Origin: Candidatus Altimarinota bacterium
GTDB taxonomy: Bacteria; Patescibacteriota; Gracilibacteria; UBA4473
Assembly: GCA_020631075.1 (NCBI GenBank)
Contig: JAHDHX010000001.1
Coordinates: 11,283-75,282, forward strand
DNA: 64,000 bases
Direction of reading: 5' to 3'
Shown here piece after piece: positions 29,201 to 36,760 of the stretch; positions within the stretch are counted from its first letter, which is position 1, and each line of letters opens with the position of its first letter. Position numbers and translations under genes: made by a program. Under the pieces are notes generated by a model, which saw only the letters and a program-made list of their open reading frames with translations, searched no databases and was not told the origin of the DNA.

Positions 29201-29816
29201 TACGCCCACGGAGCCCGCCAAACCAGTAGCGGCGGCGAAGTCACCCCAGTGGCAGAGCCCCGCCAACAACCAGCAAGTAACGGTGGGGACGAGCATCACG
29301 CTGGGGGTGGTGGATAATCAGCACGATATTACTTCGGTGGCGTTTGACCTGGGGGGAGTGTCGCTGGGGACGGATTACCGACAGCCGTGGAGCTGGCCGC
29401 TGACGGTCGGGGGGGCGAGCGGGCAGCAGACACTACGGGCGGTGGTGCAATATAAAGACGGGGAAAAGGTGACGATCACGCGGAACATCAACGTGCAGGG
29501 GGCACCAACCAGCACGACGCTGCAGGCGGAGACGTCACTGGTGCAAGCTGCGCCGCGGATAGCCAGTGTGCGGGACGCAGGGGAGTATGTGTTGGTGACG
29601 TCGGTGATACCCCAAGCGTCAACTGTGGAGTGGGTGGACCTGGTCGTGCAGCAGGGGGGGCAGATGGTGCTGAGCCAGCGGTCAACGGCGCCGACGGACA
29701 ATATGATCTGGAAGGTGCAACGGACGGTAACGGGCAATACGGAAATCGCGGTGCGGGTGAAGTATAGAAACACGACGGAGGTGACGACCAGCCCGATCAA
29801 GGTGGTGGCGCTGTAG
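26202..29816 (+). CDS. Class A penicillin-binding protein with a coiled-coil and C-terminal Ig-like domains
   Basis: Transglycosylase motifs EDDQF..H.G, GGSTITQQLVKN, RKLKE, YLN; transpeptidase SSFK, SLN, KTGT; about 400 extra C-terminal residues with beta-rich repeats. Confidence 0.93.
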   Translation: MRVHRYRRRRRQSPVSRGARLKQWLGDRWAGLGAVLRGLRPSGGGGFDRLPAPVDKPQRPWWKKLLWWGCCAGVGVLVLLVAYAVLWLPSVAGAAELDFSESTVIYDRGALAEGANPEEHILYVIHGDENRSYVPLSDISPAVVNATLAIEDDQFYSHWGFDIGGIVKAVANRFFGIGSARGGSTITQQLVKNTFLSSERTLTRKLKEILLSVKVEAAYTKDQILEMYLNKVFYGSNAYGVEAAAQAFFSKSAKDITVAEASILASLINRPTYFSPYGNNIDALMGDPEAEKLGRKDLVLRRMATLGMITEEEQAAAVAEAAALEFQPNITDIRAPHFVFYVQQLIEDRYGKEFLKNGGLQIYTTLDPAVQTVAEDTVSERTADYASKYDATNAALVGINPDNGEILAYVGGRDYFDEENKGQVDVLTRSRQPGSSFKPMVYAAAFEQGYAPSTVVFDVETDFGGNYTPQNFDGKFSGPVSVRRALNASLNIPAVKMAYLAGVKNVIDFADKLGIKMGGTPYDLGVAVGIGVAEVEPLSHINAFTAFAGDGAYFEPLAILEVRNSEGKTLERFDDADDRKMKGIDPETAALVRNILTDESTRPTTNGFDWNKYLQLDGYNNAAKTGTSNRQLPNPAYPASSPDETILAPGDSWTVGFTPHLVAGVWVGNNNGSAMKPGATGMTVAAPIWQEFMAEAHAVLVEQGADPEKGYNEPKLLEVRRVNKFSGKLANENTPSGLVTEGYFASYNTPTEYDESLKSVLVDVLTGLPPTEETPEEDRQYRQILSLTSLQPEKPNWENPVQKWLAGHPHWVHSLGVSLGQSAGDKAEIERKLAERRERLAEDKIKLDELYEAQDAAEAQAAKAEREAAQRAQIDNIYQQPDPAPTTTGVSPTPVAPTNNGVKFGLLTPVDGARVGEGFRAQVRVPSGKRPINVEYLLNGELLHRVVRADWSKQLRVPRQMRDLPQVTLTARVKYSDGSTDEAKVTLKLGGEVVTPPPVTTPTEPAKPVAAAKSPQWQSPANNQQVTVGTSITLGVVDNQHDITSVAFDLGGVSLGTDYRQPWSWPLTVGGASGQQTLRAVVQYKDGEKVTITRNINVQGAPTSTTLQAETSLVQAAPRIASVRDAGEYVLVTSVIPQASTVEWVDLVVQQGGQMVLSQRSTAPTDNMIWKVQRTVTGNTEIAVRVKYRNTTEVTTSPIKVVAL

Positions 29817-29876
29817 CGGGACTAAAAATTTTTTGAAGGTGGTACGGGGGAGAGTGAAGTGTGTGATTGTGCCTCT

Positions 29877-30500
29877 TTAGCTCTGGACCGCGGGGTAGAC
29901 GTAGTAGGCGCTGGGTGGGGTGTCGGCTGGCTGTGGCTGGCTGGTCTGGGCGAGGTGCTGGGCGGCGGATGGGATTTCGAGCGGGGTGGGGTGGAGGTGG
30001 AGTTTGGCGGTCGTGAGTTGGGTCAGGTCACTTTGAGCACTGGGGGGAAGGAGCCCGACCCAAGTGGGCGTGGGGCCGATGAGTGTAGGTAGGTCACATA
30101 GCGCCAGTGGCTGGGCGTCGGGGTGTGTGGGGTGCCCGCCGAGGAAGCATTTGCCAGAGAACGAAGCGAGGGTGAAGTAGGGGCACTGGGGGTGCTGCTG
30201 TTTTGCGTAGGCGGAAATCCAGTGCTGGGCCGTAGTGGTTTGGAGTGGGCAGGCGTGATGGCTGGCGAGGGCTTGGGCTGTGAGCAGGCCAACCCGGGTG
30301 CTGGAAAACCCTCCTGGGCCAGTGCAGATGCTGACGGTGGAGAGTGAGTGGTCGTGGAGACGCTGCTGGGTGATGAAGTCGGCGAGCTGCTGGCCGTCTT
30401 GTCGGGGGGTCTCCCAGCTAGTGCTGGCGGTCATTCCTCCACGGTCGTCAAGTAGGGCCACGAAGTGTGGGCTGATGATAGTGTTGATGACCAGTTGCAT
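29877..30500 (-). CDS. tsaB: Divergent tRNA threonylcarbamoyladenosine biosynthesis protein TsaB
   Basis: From ATG 30500 (MQLVINT): CTGPGGFSSTRVG resembles the TsaB motif GPGSFTGxRIG, and the protein ends in a P..Y motif. Confidence 0.7.
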   Translation of the reverse strand: MQLVINTIISPHFVALLDDRGGMTASTSWETPRQDGQQLADFITQQRLHDHSLSTVSICTGPGGFSSTRVGLLTAQALASHHACPLQTTTAQHWISAYAKQQHPQCPYFTLASFSGKCFLGGHPTHPDAQPLALCDLPTLIGPTPTWVGLLPPSAQSDLTQLTTAKLHLHPTPLEIPSAAQHLAQTSQPQPADTPPSAYYVYPAVQS

Positions 30501-30514
30501 TTGCGAGCAGGCTA

Positions 30515-31267
30515 CTATTTTTGAGTAGGTGCGGCAAAGTGGGTCTCGTAAAATTCGCGGGACTCGACCAAAATTTTGCGCATTTGTTCTTCTTGGCCTT
30601 GCTGGAGCTGCTGCGGGGAAATCTTGAGCGTGATGTGGTGTGGGTAGCCTTTGGCGTGGAGCCGTTGCAAGAATTCTGACAGGGGGAGGATGCCTTGGTC
30701 GGGGCGGCTGTAGGTGGTGTCGTTGAGGACGTTGGACAGGTAGACGTGGCGCAGACGCTTGCCCAAGAACTGCTGGGCCTGCAGGAGGTCTTGCTGGCGC
30801 TGCCACAGGGCGCTGGTGTCGAGGGCGACGTGGCCACTGGCCCGCAGGGCGGCGAGTGAAGACTGGGTCTGGAGGGGGATGAGGCCGAAGAGGAGCTTGA
30901 ACTCGCCGTTGATGCGGTTGGCGTGGAGGCTGTACTTCTGGCAGAGTTTGGGGATGAGCCCCGTGAGCCACTGTCGGTAACGAAAGGCAAAGACTTCGGG
31001 GGGGTACAGATTGAGCATGGTGCCCGGGAACTCGCGCACGGTGGTCTGGAACGGTTTGAGGAGGGACTCGGGGTGGTCGGTGCCGAGACTGAAGGCTTTG
31101 ATCTGGACTTGGTATTTGTCCTGCAACGACTGAAGGTAGCTGGGGTCTTGGGTGTCGAAGTTGGCGTTGAGGCTGATCTCGACGCCTTGGTAACCAGCCT
31201 CCTGTGCGAACTGAAAAAAGCGCTCGAGGCCATACCGCGGGAAGCTGGCGGAGGTGAGGAGCAGCAT
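30515..31267 (-). CDS. Xylose-isomerase-like TIM-barrel protein with degenerate metal ligands
   Basis: AQEAGYQGVEI, ALDTS, HVYLSN, PDQGILPL, GY...ITLKI pattern of the AP_endonuc_2 family. Confidence 0.7.
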   Translation of the reverse strand: MLLLTSASFPRYGLERFFQFAQEAGYQGVEISLNANFDTQDPSYLQSLQDKYQVQIKAFSLGTDHPESLLKPFQTTVREFPGTMLNLYPPEVFAFRYRQWLTGLIPKLCQKYSLHANRINGEFKLLFGLIPLQTQSSLAALRASGHVALDTSALWQRQQDLLQAQQFLGKRLRHVYLSNVLNDTTYSRPDQGILPLSEFLQRLHAKGYPHHITLKISPQQLQQGQEEQMRKILVESREFYETHFAAPTQK

Positions 31268-31391
31268 AGGGAAGGGAGGCTTAGATCATTGCATTATACG
31301 GGGTTTGGGGCGGTGACTCAAGGCAAAAGTGTGCTTGTGTAATGGGGGGATGATTGGGTATGCTGGGGGTGATTTTTTACTGTTAAAGCTC

Positions 31392-32063
31392 ATGACTGCC
31401 CTGACTGGAGGCCCACTGTGGGTGACGAACCTAAAAAACTATGAACTGACGACGGGGGAGGCGCTGCACAGACTAATGGCGGCGCATGACGCTGCGCAAG
31501 CCGAAACAGGGGCGGAAATAATGGTGGCGGGGTCGGTGCTGGACGTCGCGATGCTAGCGGCGCAATATGAAACGCCCGTGCTGTCGCAGCACGCTGACCC
31601 GCTGGGGTGGGGGAAGCACACTGGCCACGTGGTGCTGCCCAAGCTGGCGGCGGTGGGCGCGAGGGGGACGCTGCTCAACCACTCTGAACGGCGGATGAAC
31701 CCTGCGGTGATAGCGGAAACTGTCCGCCAAGCGGAAGCGGAAGGCTTGCTGACGATTGTCTGTGCGGAGAGCCCAGCGGAAGTCGAACAGTTGGCGGCAC
31801 TGAAGCCGTCGATGATCGCGTATGAGCCGCCAGAGCTGATCGGGTCGACGGGGGCGTCGGTGGCTTCGGCCAAGCCAGAGTCGATTGCGGAGTCGGTGCG
31901 GCTGGCAGGGGGGATCCCCCTGCTGGTGGGGGCGGGGGTGAGCCGTGTGGAGGACGTGGAAGTGTCGCTGGAGCTGGGGGCGAGGGGGTTCCTGGTCGCG
32001 ACGGCGGTGGTGAAGGCGACTGACCCGCTTGAAAAACTAAAAGAGTTTGTAGGGGCGTTTTAG
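31392..32063 (+). CDS. tpiA: Triosephosphate isomerase, archaeal type
   Basis: NLKNY, HTGHV, LLNHSE, YEPPELIG, GAGVS, GFLVATAVVKA; about 223 aa, the short archaeal form. Confidence 0.93.
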   Translation: MTALTGGPLWVTNLKNYELTTGEALHRLMAAHDAAQAETGAEIMVAGSVLDVAMLAAQYETPVLSQHADPLGWGKHTGHVVLPKLAAVGARGTLLNHSERRMNPAVIAETVRQAEAEGLLTIVCAESPAEVEQLAALKPSMIAYEPPELIGSTGASVASAKPESIAESVRLAGGIPLLVGAGVSRVEDVEVSLELGARGFLVATAVVKATDPLEKLKEFVGAF

Positions 32064-32253
32064 GGAGTGTTCACAAATTGGAAAAAGTAGATTGATTTTG
32101 AAGTATGAGGAGGGGTTTGAGTGAAAAAAGGATCTTTTTGGCTGCAAAATGGTTGCGTATTTTTGCCTTGATCCATCAAGGCTGCAAATACGCGCCCATT
32201 TTTCGCTCAAAAATCTCTCTTTTTTCTTCTCAAACCAATTTGTGGACACTCCC
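32063..32253. mobile_element. MITE-like rod-shaped element 1 (~191 bp) with TIRs and a probable TA target duplication, between the tpiA and holB stop codons
   Basis: TAGGGAGTGTTCACAAATTGG (32061-81) versus CCAATTTGTGGACACTCCCTA (32235-55) match 20/21 as an inverted repeat; internal long hairpin 32114-32236; AT-rich relative to flanking genes. Confidence 0.8.
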
Positions 32254-33002
32254 TAAGACTGTTTCTGGGCCCTTTTAAGCACGAATCGCTCCAGCGTTGC
32301 GCGCATATTGGCGTTGCGTTCGAGCCTTTGGTAGGTGTCGAGCGCGAGGTCGAGCCACTGGCGTTGACTGGGGGTGCGGCAGAGCTCGACGAGCTCGCGT
32401 GCATAGGTGCGTACAAGCCCTCGTCCGTCTTCGCTTTTCTTGGCGGCCTTGTGCAGGGCTTCGATCTGTCGAAATTGGCCCACGAGTGACGCTTCACCCA
32501 GCAAAGCGCGTGCGCTGCTGTCGGGGGCAACGGTGAAATCCAATGTGGGGAGGACTATGACCTGCACTCGGGAGAGGATAGTGTCGAGGAGCTGGTGGTG
32601 GTTGGCGGTGGTGAGGATGAACCGTACGCCTGCTGGGGGTTCTTCGAGGAGTTTGAGCAGGGCGTGGGGGGCTTCTCTGGTGGCGCGCTCTATGTGCTCG
32701 ATGATCACTATCCGCCACGGCGAATCGCCCCGCGACTGGTGGCACCAGCGCATGACCCCCCTGACGGATTCGTATTCGCCCTGGCCGTCGCGCACGGCGG
32801 CGTCGCTGTGGTCTATTTTCAGGGATTTGCCCTGGTCACGCAGGATGAGCGTGTCGAGGTTTCGTTCTATGGCTTGGGGGGGAACGTCTTGCAGCCCTGC
32901 GGCGAGCTCGAGCGCGAGGGTGAGCCCGTCACCACCACTCAGCAGTAGGCGCTGGGGTAAACGCCCAGTGGTCATCATGGCTCGTACCTGCGCTTCGGTC
33001 AT
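32253..33002 (-). CDS. holB: DNA polymerase III delta'-like clamp-loader subunit (short, divergent)
   Basis: RIVIIEHIERAT.EA.HALLKLLEEPP, FILT, LLDTILSR. Confidence 0.8.
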   Translation of the reverse strand: MTEAQVRAMMTTGRLPQRLLLSGGDGLTLALELAAGLQDVPPQAIERNLDTLILRDQGKSLKIDHSDAAVRDGQGEYESVRGVMRWCHQSRGDSPWRIVIIEHIERATREAPHALLKLLEEPPAGVRFILTTANHHQLLDTILSRVQVIVLPTLDFTVAPDSSARALLGEASLVGQFRQIEALHKAAKKSEDGRGLVRTYARELVELCRTPSQRQWLDLALDTYQRLERNANMRATLERFVLKRAQKQS

Positions 33003-34075
33003 GACTGCTTCTTTTTAGGTTTTTTGGGGGTACTTGCTTTCAGCAAGGGGTAGGTGATGGTGTCGTAGCTGGTGGGGGAGTGTTTGACCAGTCGCCAGCC
33101 TGTCTGGCCGTCGATGGCGCCTTCCCACTGGGCGTTGTCGGGGGCTTGGTCGATTTCTTTGATGGTGGGGCGGTCTTTGGCTTTGAGTTTTTCTAGCACG
33201 GCGTGGGCTTCGAGCAGGTAGTGCAGGCTGTCTGGGGTGTGTGGGTCACGCTGGCGCCGCCGTGTGAGCCACAGGAGGACGGAGAGCACCAGCACCACGG
33301 GCCCCCACAGGGGGCTGGCCCCCAGTACCCGCAGCCCGATGCCTTTGGCTCGGTCCCAGTTTTGTTGGAGTTGGGTTTGGGTGCCTCCCCGTGAGGCCTC
33401 ATTCAGCGGACGGACGGTGACTGACACTTGGGCGAGGCCTGTCAGTGACTGGTCGGTGCTGATCTCGGCTTGGAGGGCTTCGATCTCGGTCTGGACTTCG
33501 GTGATCTCTCTAAGGAGGGCTTTTTTATCGGCGACCTTGTCGGTCGCTTCCATGAGGGTTTCGAGCTGTTGCTGGTACCGACTGAGTGACTCGATGCGGT
33601 AGGACACGTCTGGCCGTGCGGGGAGGGTCTGTGGTCGGATGACTTGTTCTTGCTCGAGTTCGGCGACTTTGCCGAGGTTGAGCACGAGGTTGCCGATCTC
33701 GACTTCGGGCACGAGGGCCTCGAGGTGGACGGCTCGGCGTCGCTCATCGGTCAGTTTTGACTCTAGCGCGACGACCTCCCCCCCGAGGGTGCCGATTTCT
33801 TGCTCTATCAGTGGGCGGATCTCGCCCGGGGCGGTCGCGCGCAGGACTATCCGCGCTTGGGCTTTGCGGGTGTCTATGACTTTTGGGTCGTAGGCGAACT
33901 CACGGCGTTGCTTCTCGACCTCCTGAGTGGCGGACTGCCAGATCTGCGGGAAGGCGACTTCTTGCGTGCTGTCTGGCCACTCGTCCACCCAAAACCACCC
34001 AGCGACCCCCAGGCACGTCACCCCGAGCAAGATGCCGAGCCAGCGCCACCAGCCGATGCCTGTTTGCCGTGCCAT
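32999..34075 (-). CDS. DUF4349-like membrane protein
   Basis: N-terminal TM; ferredoxin-like core (LEALVP..LGKV), coiled coil 'LLREITEVQTEIEAL', AQVSVTV, C-terminal TM. Confidence 0.65.
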   Translation of the reverse strand: MARQTGIGWWRWLGILLGVTCLGVAGWFWVDEWPDSTQEVAFPQIWQSATQEVEKQRREFAYDPKVIDTRKAQARIVLRATAPGEIRPLIEQEIGTLGGEVVALESKLTDERRRAVHLEALVPEVEIGNLVLNLGKVAELEQEQVIRPQTLPARPDVSYRIESLSRYQQQLETLMEATDKVADKKALLREITEVQTEIEALQAEISTDQSLTGLAQVSVTVRPLNEASRGGTQTQLQQNWDRAKGIGLRVLGASPLWGPVVLVLSVLLWLTRRRQRDPHTPDSLHYLLEAHAVLEKLKAKDRPTIKEIDQAPDNAQWEGAIDGQTGWRLVKHSPTSYDTITYPLLKASTPKKPKKKQS

Positions 34076-34141
34076 GTGTGATGTGGGTTATTTTCACTCC
34101 TTACTCTACACATCTTGAACTTGTCCACCACTGACTAGCTG

Positions 34142-35506
34142 TCAGTTATACTTGCTGGGTCGGTTTATCTGTGGTCTCGCCACACAGAGGAAGGACGTCC
34201 AGTTGGCGGTGTTGTCTTGCAGGTTTTCTTCGACGATCTGTAGGCCGTGAAGCTGACACAGGAGGCCCGGGCCCAAGATGGCTACCGTCTGTGGCAGGCG
34301 CCCCTCGGCCAGGGCGCGTGCGCACTCGGCCGTGTCGATGAGCTCGCCCTCACCGCTCTGGAGCTCGTGCTCGGGGTACTTGATGGCTAAATTGTCCTGA
34401 CACTGCTTAAACACCTGTGGGTGGGCCATAATGGCAGTAATATCTTCCCAGGCGACGTCTGGTCGTTTCATCAAATGGTGGCGGATCATGACTTGGAACT
34501 GGTCGACGATCCGAAATTTATGGGCGGCCATGGCTTCGATTGATTCCTGCACCATGCCGCCGATGGAGTTTTGGATGGCGAAAATGCCGCGGTCGATATC
34601 ACCCCGGTGTAACTCTTGCAAGACTCGCTGGGTGGTGTAGAGGTACTGGGTGCTGTAGGCGGGGATAGACCGACTGGCGACGTACTCTTGCAGGGCCATT
34701 TGGTTGAAGGAGCCTTCGCCGCCCTGAATGCCGAAGATCAGCTGGCCGGCCTGTTTTTGCGGGGGGATGAGGGCTTGGAAGATTTGGTCGTAGGCTTCCC
34801 CAAACTCGACGCGCATTTGTCGTGTGTAAGGGTTGAAGTTTTGCAGGTTGGCAAACAGCTGCCATGAGTCGTGGCAGGTTTGCTCACGCACGGCGAGGAG
34901 CTGCTGGGCGCCGAGGGTGTCGATGGAGGAGGGTTGGATGTCGATTAAATCCAAGATCCTTCCGACGAGGTGCACGACGCCCTGCGACTTGGCGGCGAGG
35001 GCGTCGTGCTGGTCGCTGGTCATGACCTGCACGTCGAGCCCCCGCTGGGTGAAAATGTCGACCCATTCGGTGAGCTGGGCGTCGGTGGCGCGGTATTGGT
35101 CTATCACGAGTGGTAACCCTGTGAACCCTTCGGCGGCGCTGTCAGGGCCAAAGAGGGGGTGGGTGAGCATGATGTGGACGTCTGTGTCGGATAGCAGCTG
35201 GTCACAGATGTCTCTGGGGTGGCGTTTGACTGACAGGACGTCAACCAGCAGGTGGTCTGGCCGAAAGAACGGCTGATGGTTGCGGATAAACACCTCGAAA
35301 TGTTCGATCGGGAGGCAGAGGAATATCACTTTGGATTCGTAAATTTCTTCCAGTTGCTCGGTCCCGTGGTCGCCTTTGCGGAAGGGAAAATCGGCCCATT
35401 GGGTGACGAGAGGGTCAAAGACTCGCACGGAGAAATCGGCCCCGAGGAGCTGGTAGAGCACTTGCCCGAACCGTCCAAACCCGATAATGCTGATACGTTT
35501 TTTCAT
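34142..35506 (-). CDS. Fused prephenate dehydrogenase (TyrA-like) and prephenate dehydratase (PheA catalytic domain, no ACT)
   Basis: N-terminal half: IIGFGRFG, DVLSVK, HPLFGP, HD..AA.SQG..H. C-terminal half: QGGEGSF, QNSIGG, HPQVFKQC, QDNTANWTSF. Confidence 0.85.
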   Translation of the reverse strand: MKKRISIIGFGRFGQVLYQLLGADFSVRVFDPLVTQWADFPFRKGDHGTEQLEEIYESKVIFLCLPIEHFEVFIRNHQPFFRPDHLLVDVLSVKRHPRDICDQLLSDTDVHIMLTHPLFGPDSAAEGFTGLPLVIDQYRATDAQLTEWVDIFTQRGLDVQVMTSDQHDALAAKSQGVVHLVGRILDLIDIQPSSIDTLGAQQLLAVREQTCHDSWQLFANLQNFNPYTRQMRVEFGEAYDQIFQALIPPQKQAGQLIFGIQGGEGSFNQMALQEYVASRSIPAYSTQYLYTTQRVLQELHRGDIDRGIFAIQNSIGGMVQESIEAMAAHKFRIVDQFQVMIRHHLMKRPDVAWEDITAIMAHPQVFKQCQDNLAIKYPEHELQSGEGELIDTAECARALAEGRLPQTVAILGPGLLCQLHGLQIVEENLQDNTANWTSFLCVARPQINRPSKYN

Positions 35507-35518
35507 GAGGGGGGAGAT

Positions 35519-35881
35519 TTAGGATGAAGGGGGAAACTGGATGTCGCCGAGGTGGCTCTGGGCGACGGTTTCGCCGTGGTCGTGGATGTGCTGGTACATG
35601 ACGCGGATGAAGTTTGGGTCTATGCCGAGCTCTTGGCCTTTGGTCATGCGGTTGCGCATGAGCGCAGCCCAGCGCTTGCGGTCGAGAAAGGGGAGGTGGT
35701 GTTCTCGCTTGAGGGCGGAGATGTTTTTGACCACGCGGATGCGTTCGGCCATGAGGCTTAAGATGGCGTTGTCGAGGAGATTAACGCTGGCTCGGTATTC
35801 GCCCAGCTGCGCCAGCACGGTCGGGGGCATGGCCCCGTGGTGGTCGCTGTCGGATGCGGGTGGGTGGACGTTTTCTGGCAT
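35519..35881 (-). CDS. Chorismate mutase (AroQ, type II)
   Basis: LGEYR..V..LD..IL.LMAER......I..LK......D..RW pattern; directly upstream of the PDH-PDT fusion. Confidence 0.88.
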   Translation of the reverse strand: MPENVHPPASDSDHHGAMPPTVLAQLGEYRASVNLLDNAILSLMAERIRVVKNISALKREHHLPFLDRKRWAALMRNRMTKGQELGIDPNFIRVMYQHIHDHGETVAQSHLGDIQFPPSS

Positions 35882-35933
35882 TTTTAAGTGGTAAATAGTG
35901 TTGGTTTGCGGGCTAACTTCATGGCCCGAAACG

Positions 35934-35967
35934 AAAAAGCTCCTGACGATTGTCAGGAGCTTTTTTT
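35934..35967. terminator. Intrinsic terminator after the PPIase gene
   Basis: AAAAAGCTCCTGAC-gatt-GTCAGGAGCTTTTT perfect stem with A/T tails. Confidence 0.88.
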
Positions 35968-35985
35968 ATAAAATTCTTCTCTGAC

Positions 35986-36552
35986 TTATCGTTTCACTTC
36001 TTGAAACCCAGCGACATAGATGATGTGATAACCAAAGGGCGTTTCGACGAGCTCGGGCACGAGGGTTTCGGCGTCGGTGGCGAAGACAGCTTCGTCAAAT
36101 GGCTTGACCATGCGGCCAGCGGGGAAGACCCCGAGGTCACCACCGCGAACAGCGCTCGGGCCAGTGGAGAACTCTTTGGCTTTTTCTGCGAACATACCGA
36201 CGAGCTCGGCTGCGGGGGCGGCTTGCAGCTCGGCCAAGATTTCTTCGGCTTTGGCTTTGGCGGCGGCTTGGTCGGTGTAGGGCAGGTCAGGTTTGGCCAT
36301 GGTGGCGCCTTGGTAGCCGATCAAAATGTGTGAGGCGCGGGCCATTTTAATGGTGGGCTGTTTGACGACTTCTTCTTCGACTGGTTTTTCAGCTGGCTTT
36401 TCGGCTACCGCTGGGGCGGTGTTTTCTGCGGCTGGAGCTTGGGTCTCGACAGCTTTCTCAGGGGTGTATTCGGTTTTCTTTTTGCCGCCTGTGCAGGCAG
36501 AAACCGTCACCATCATTACCCCGAGGGAGAGGACTAGTAGAGCTTTTTTCAT
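35986..36552 (-). CDS. Parvulin-type peptidyl-prolyl isomerase lipoprotein
   Basis: Lipobox VSAC; ASHILI, AKEFS, GGDLG, MVKPFDEAVF, ETPFGYHII. Confidence 0.93.
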   Translation of the reverse strand: MKKALLVLSLGVMMVTVSACTGGKKKTEYTPEKAVETQAPAAENTAPAVAEKPAEKPVEEEVVKQPTIKMARASHILIGYQGATMAKPDLPYTDQAAAKAKAEEILAELQAAPAAELVGMFAEKAKEFSTGPSAVRGGDLGVFPAGRMVKPFDEAVFATDAETLVPELVETPFGYHIIYVAGFQEVKR

Positions 36553-36760
36553 GTGTTTGAAGGAGTTGAAAAAACAAATTTCAGCGTCACTGTATGTGCT
36601 GCACACGAGGGTGGCAAGCTTTTTCGGTGAGGGGCGGGGCGTTGCGGCGGATGGCTGAAGCATGATCTTTCGGGATAAAAATCAGTCATTCCCCACGACA
36701 AACTATCGAGACTTCCGTATTATCATCGACGATTTTGCTTTGTCGTTTTCCGTATTGCGT

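Noticed and set aside
30501-30971. N-terminal extension of the 364-aa ORF 29877-30971
   Set aside because: It overlaps the TIM-barrel gene out of frame; TsaB similarity starts at ATG 30500.
32037-32249. 70-aa ORF inside element 1 as a transposase remnant
   Set aside because: No DDE or HTH motifs; the region is almost entirely self-complementary.
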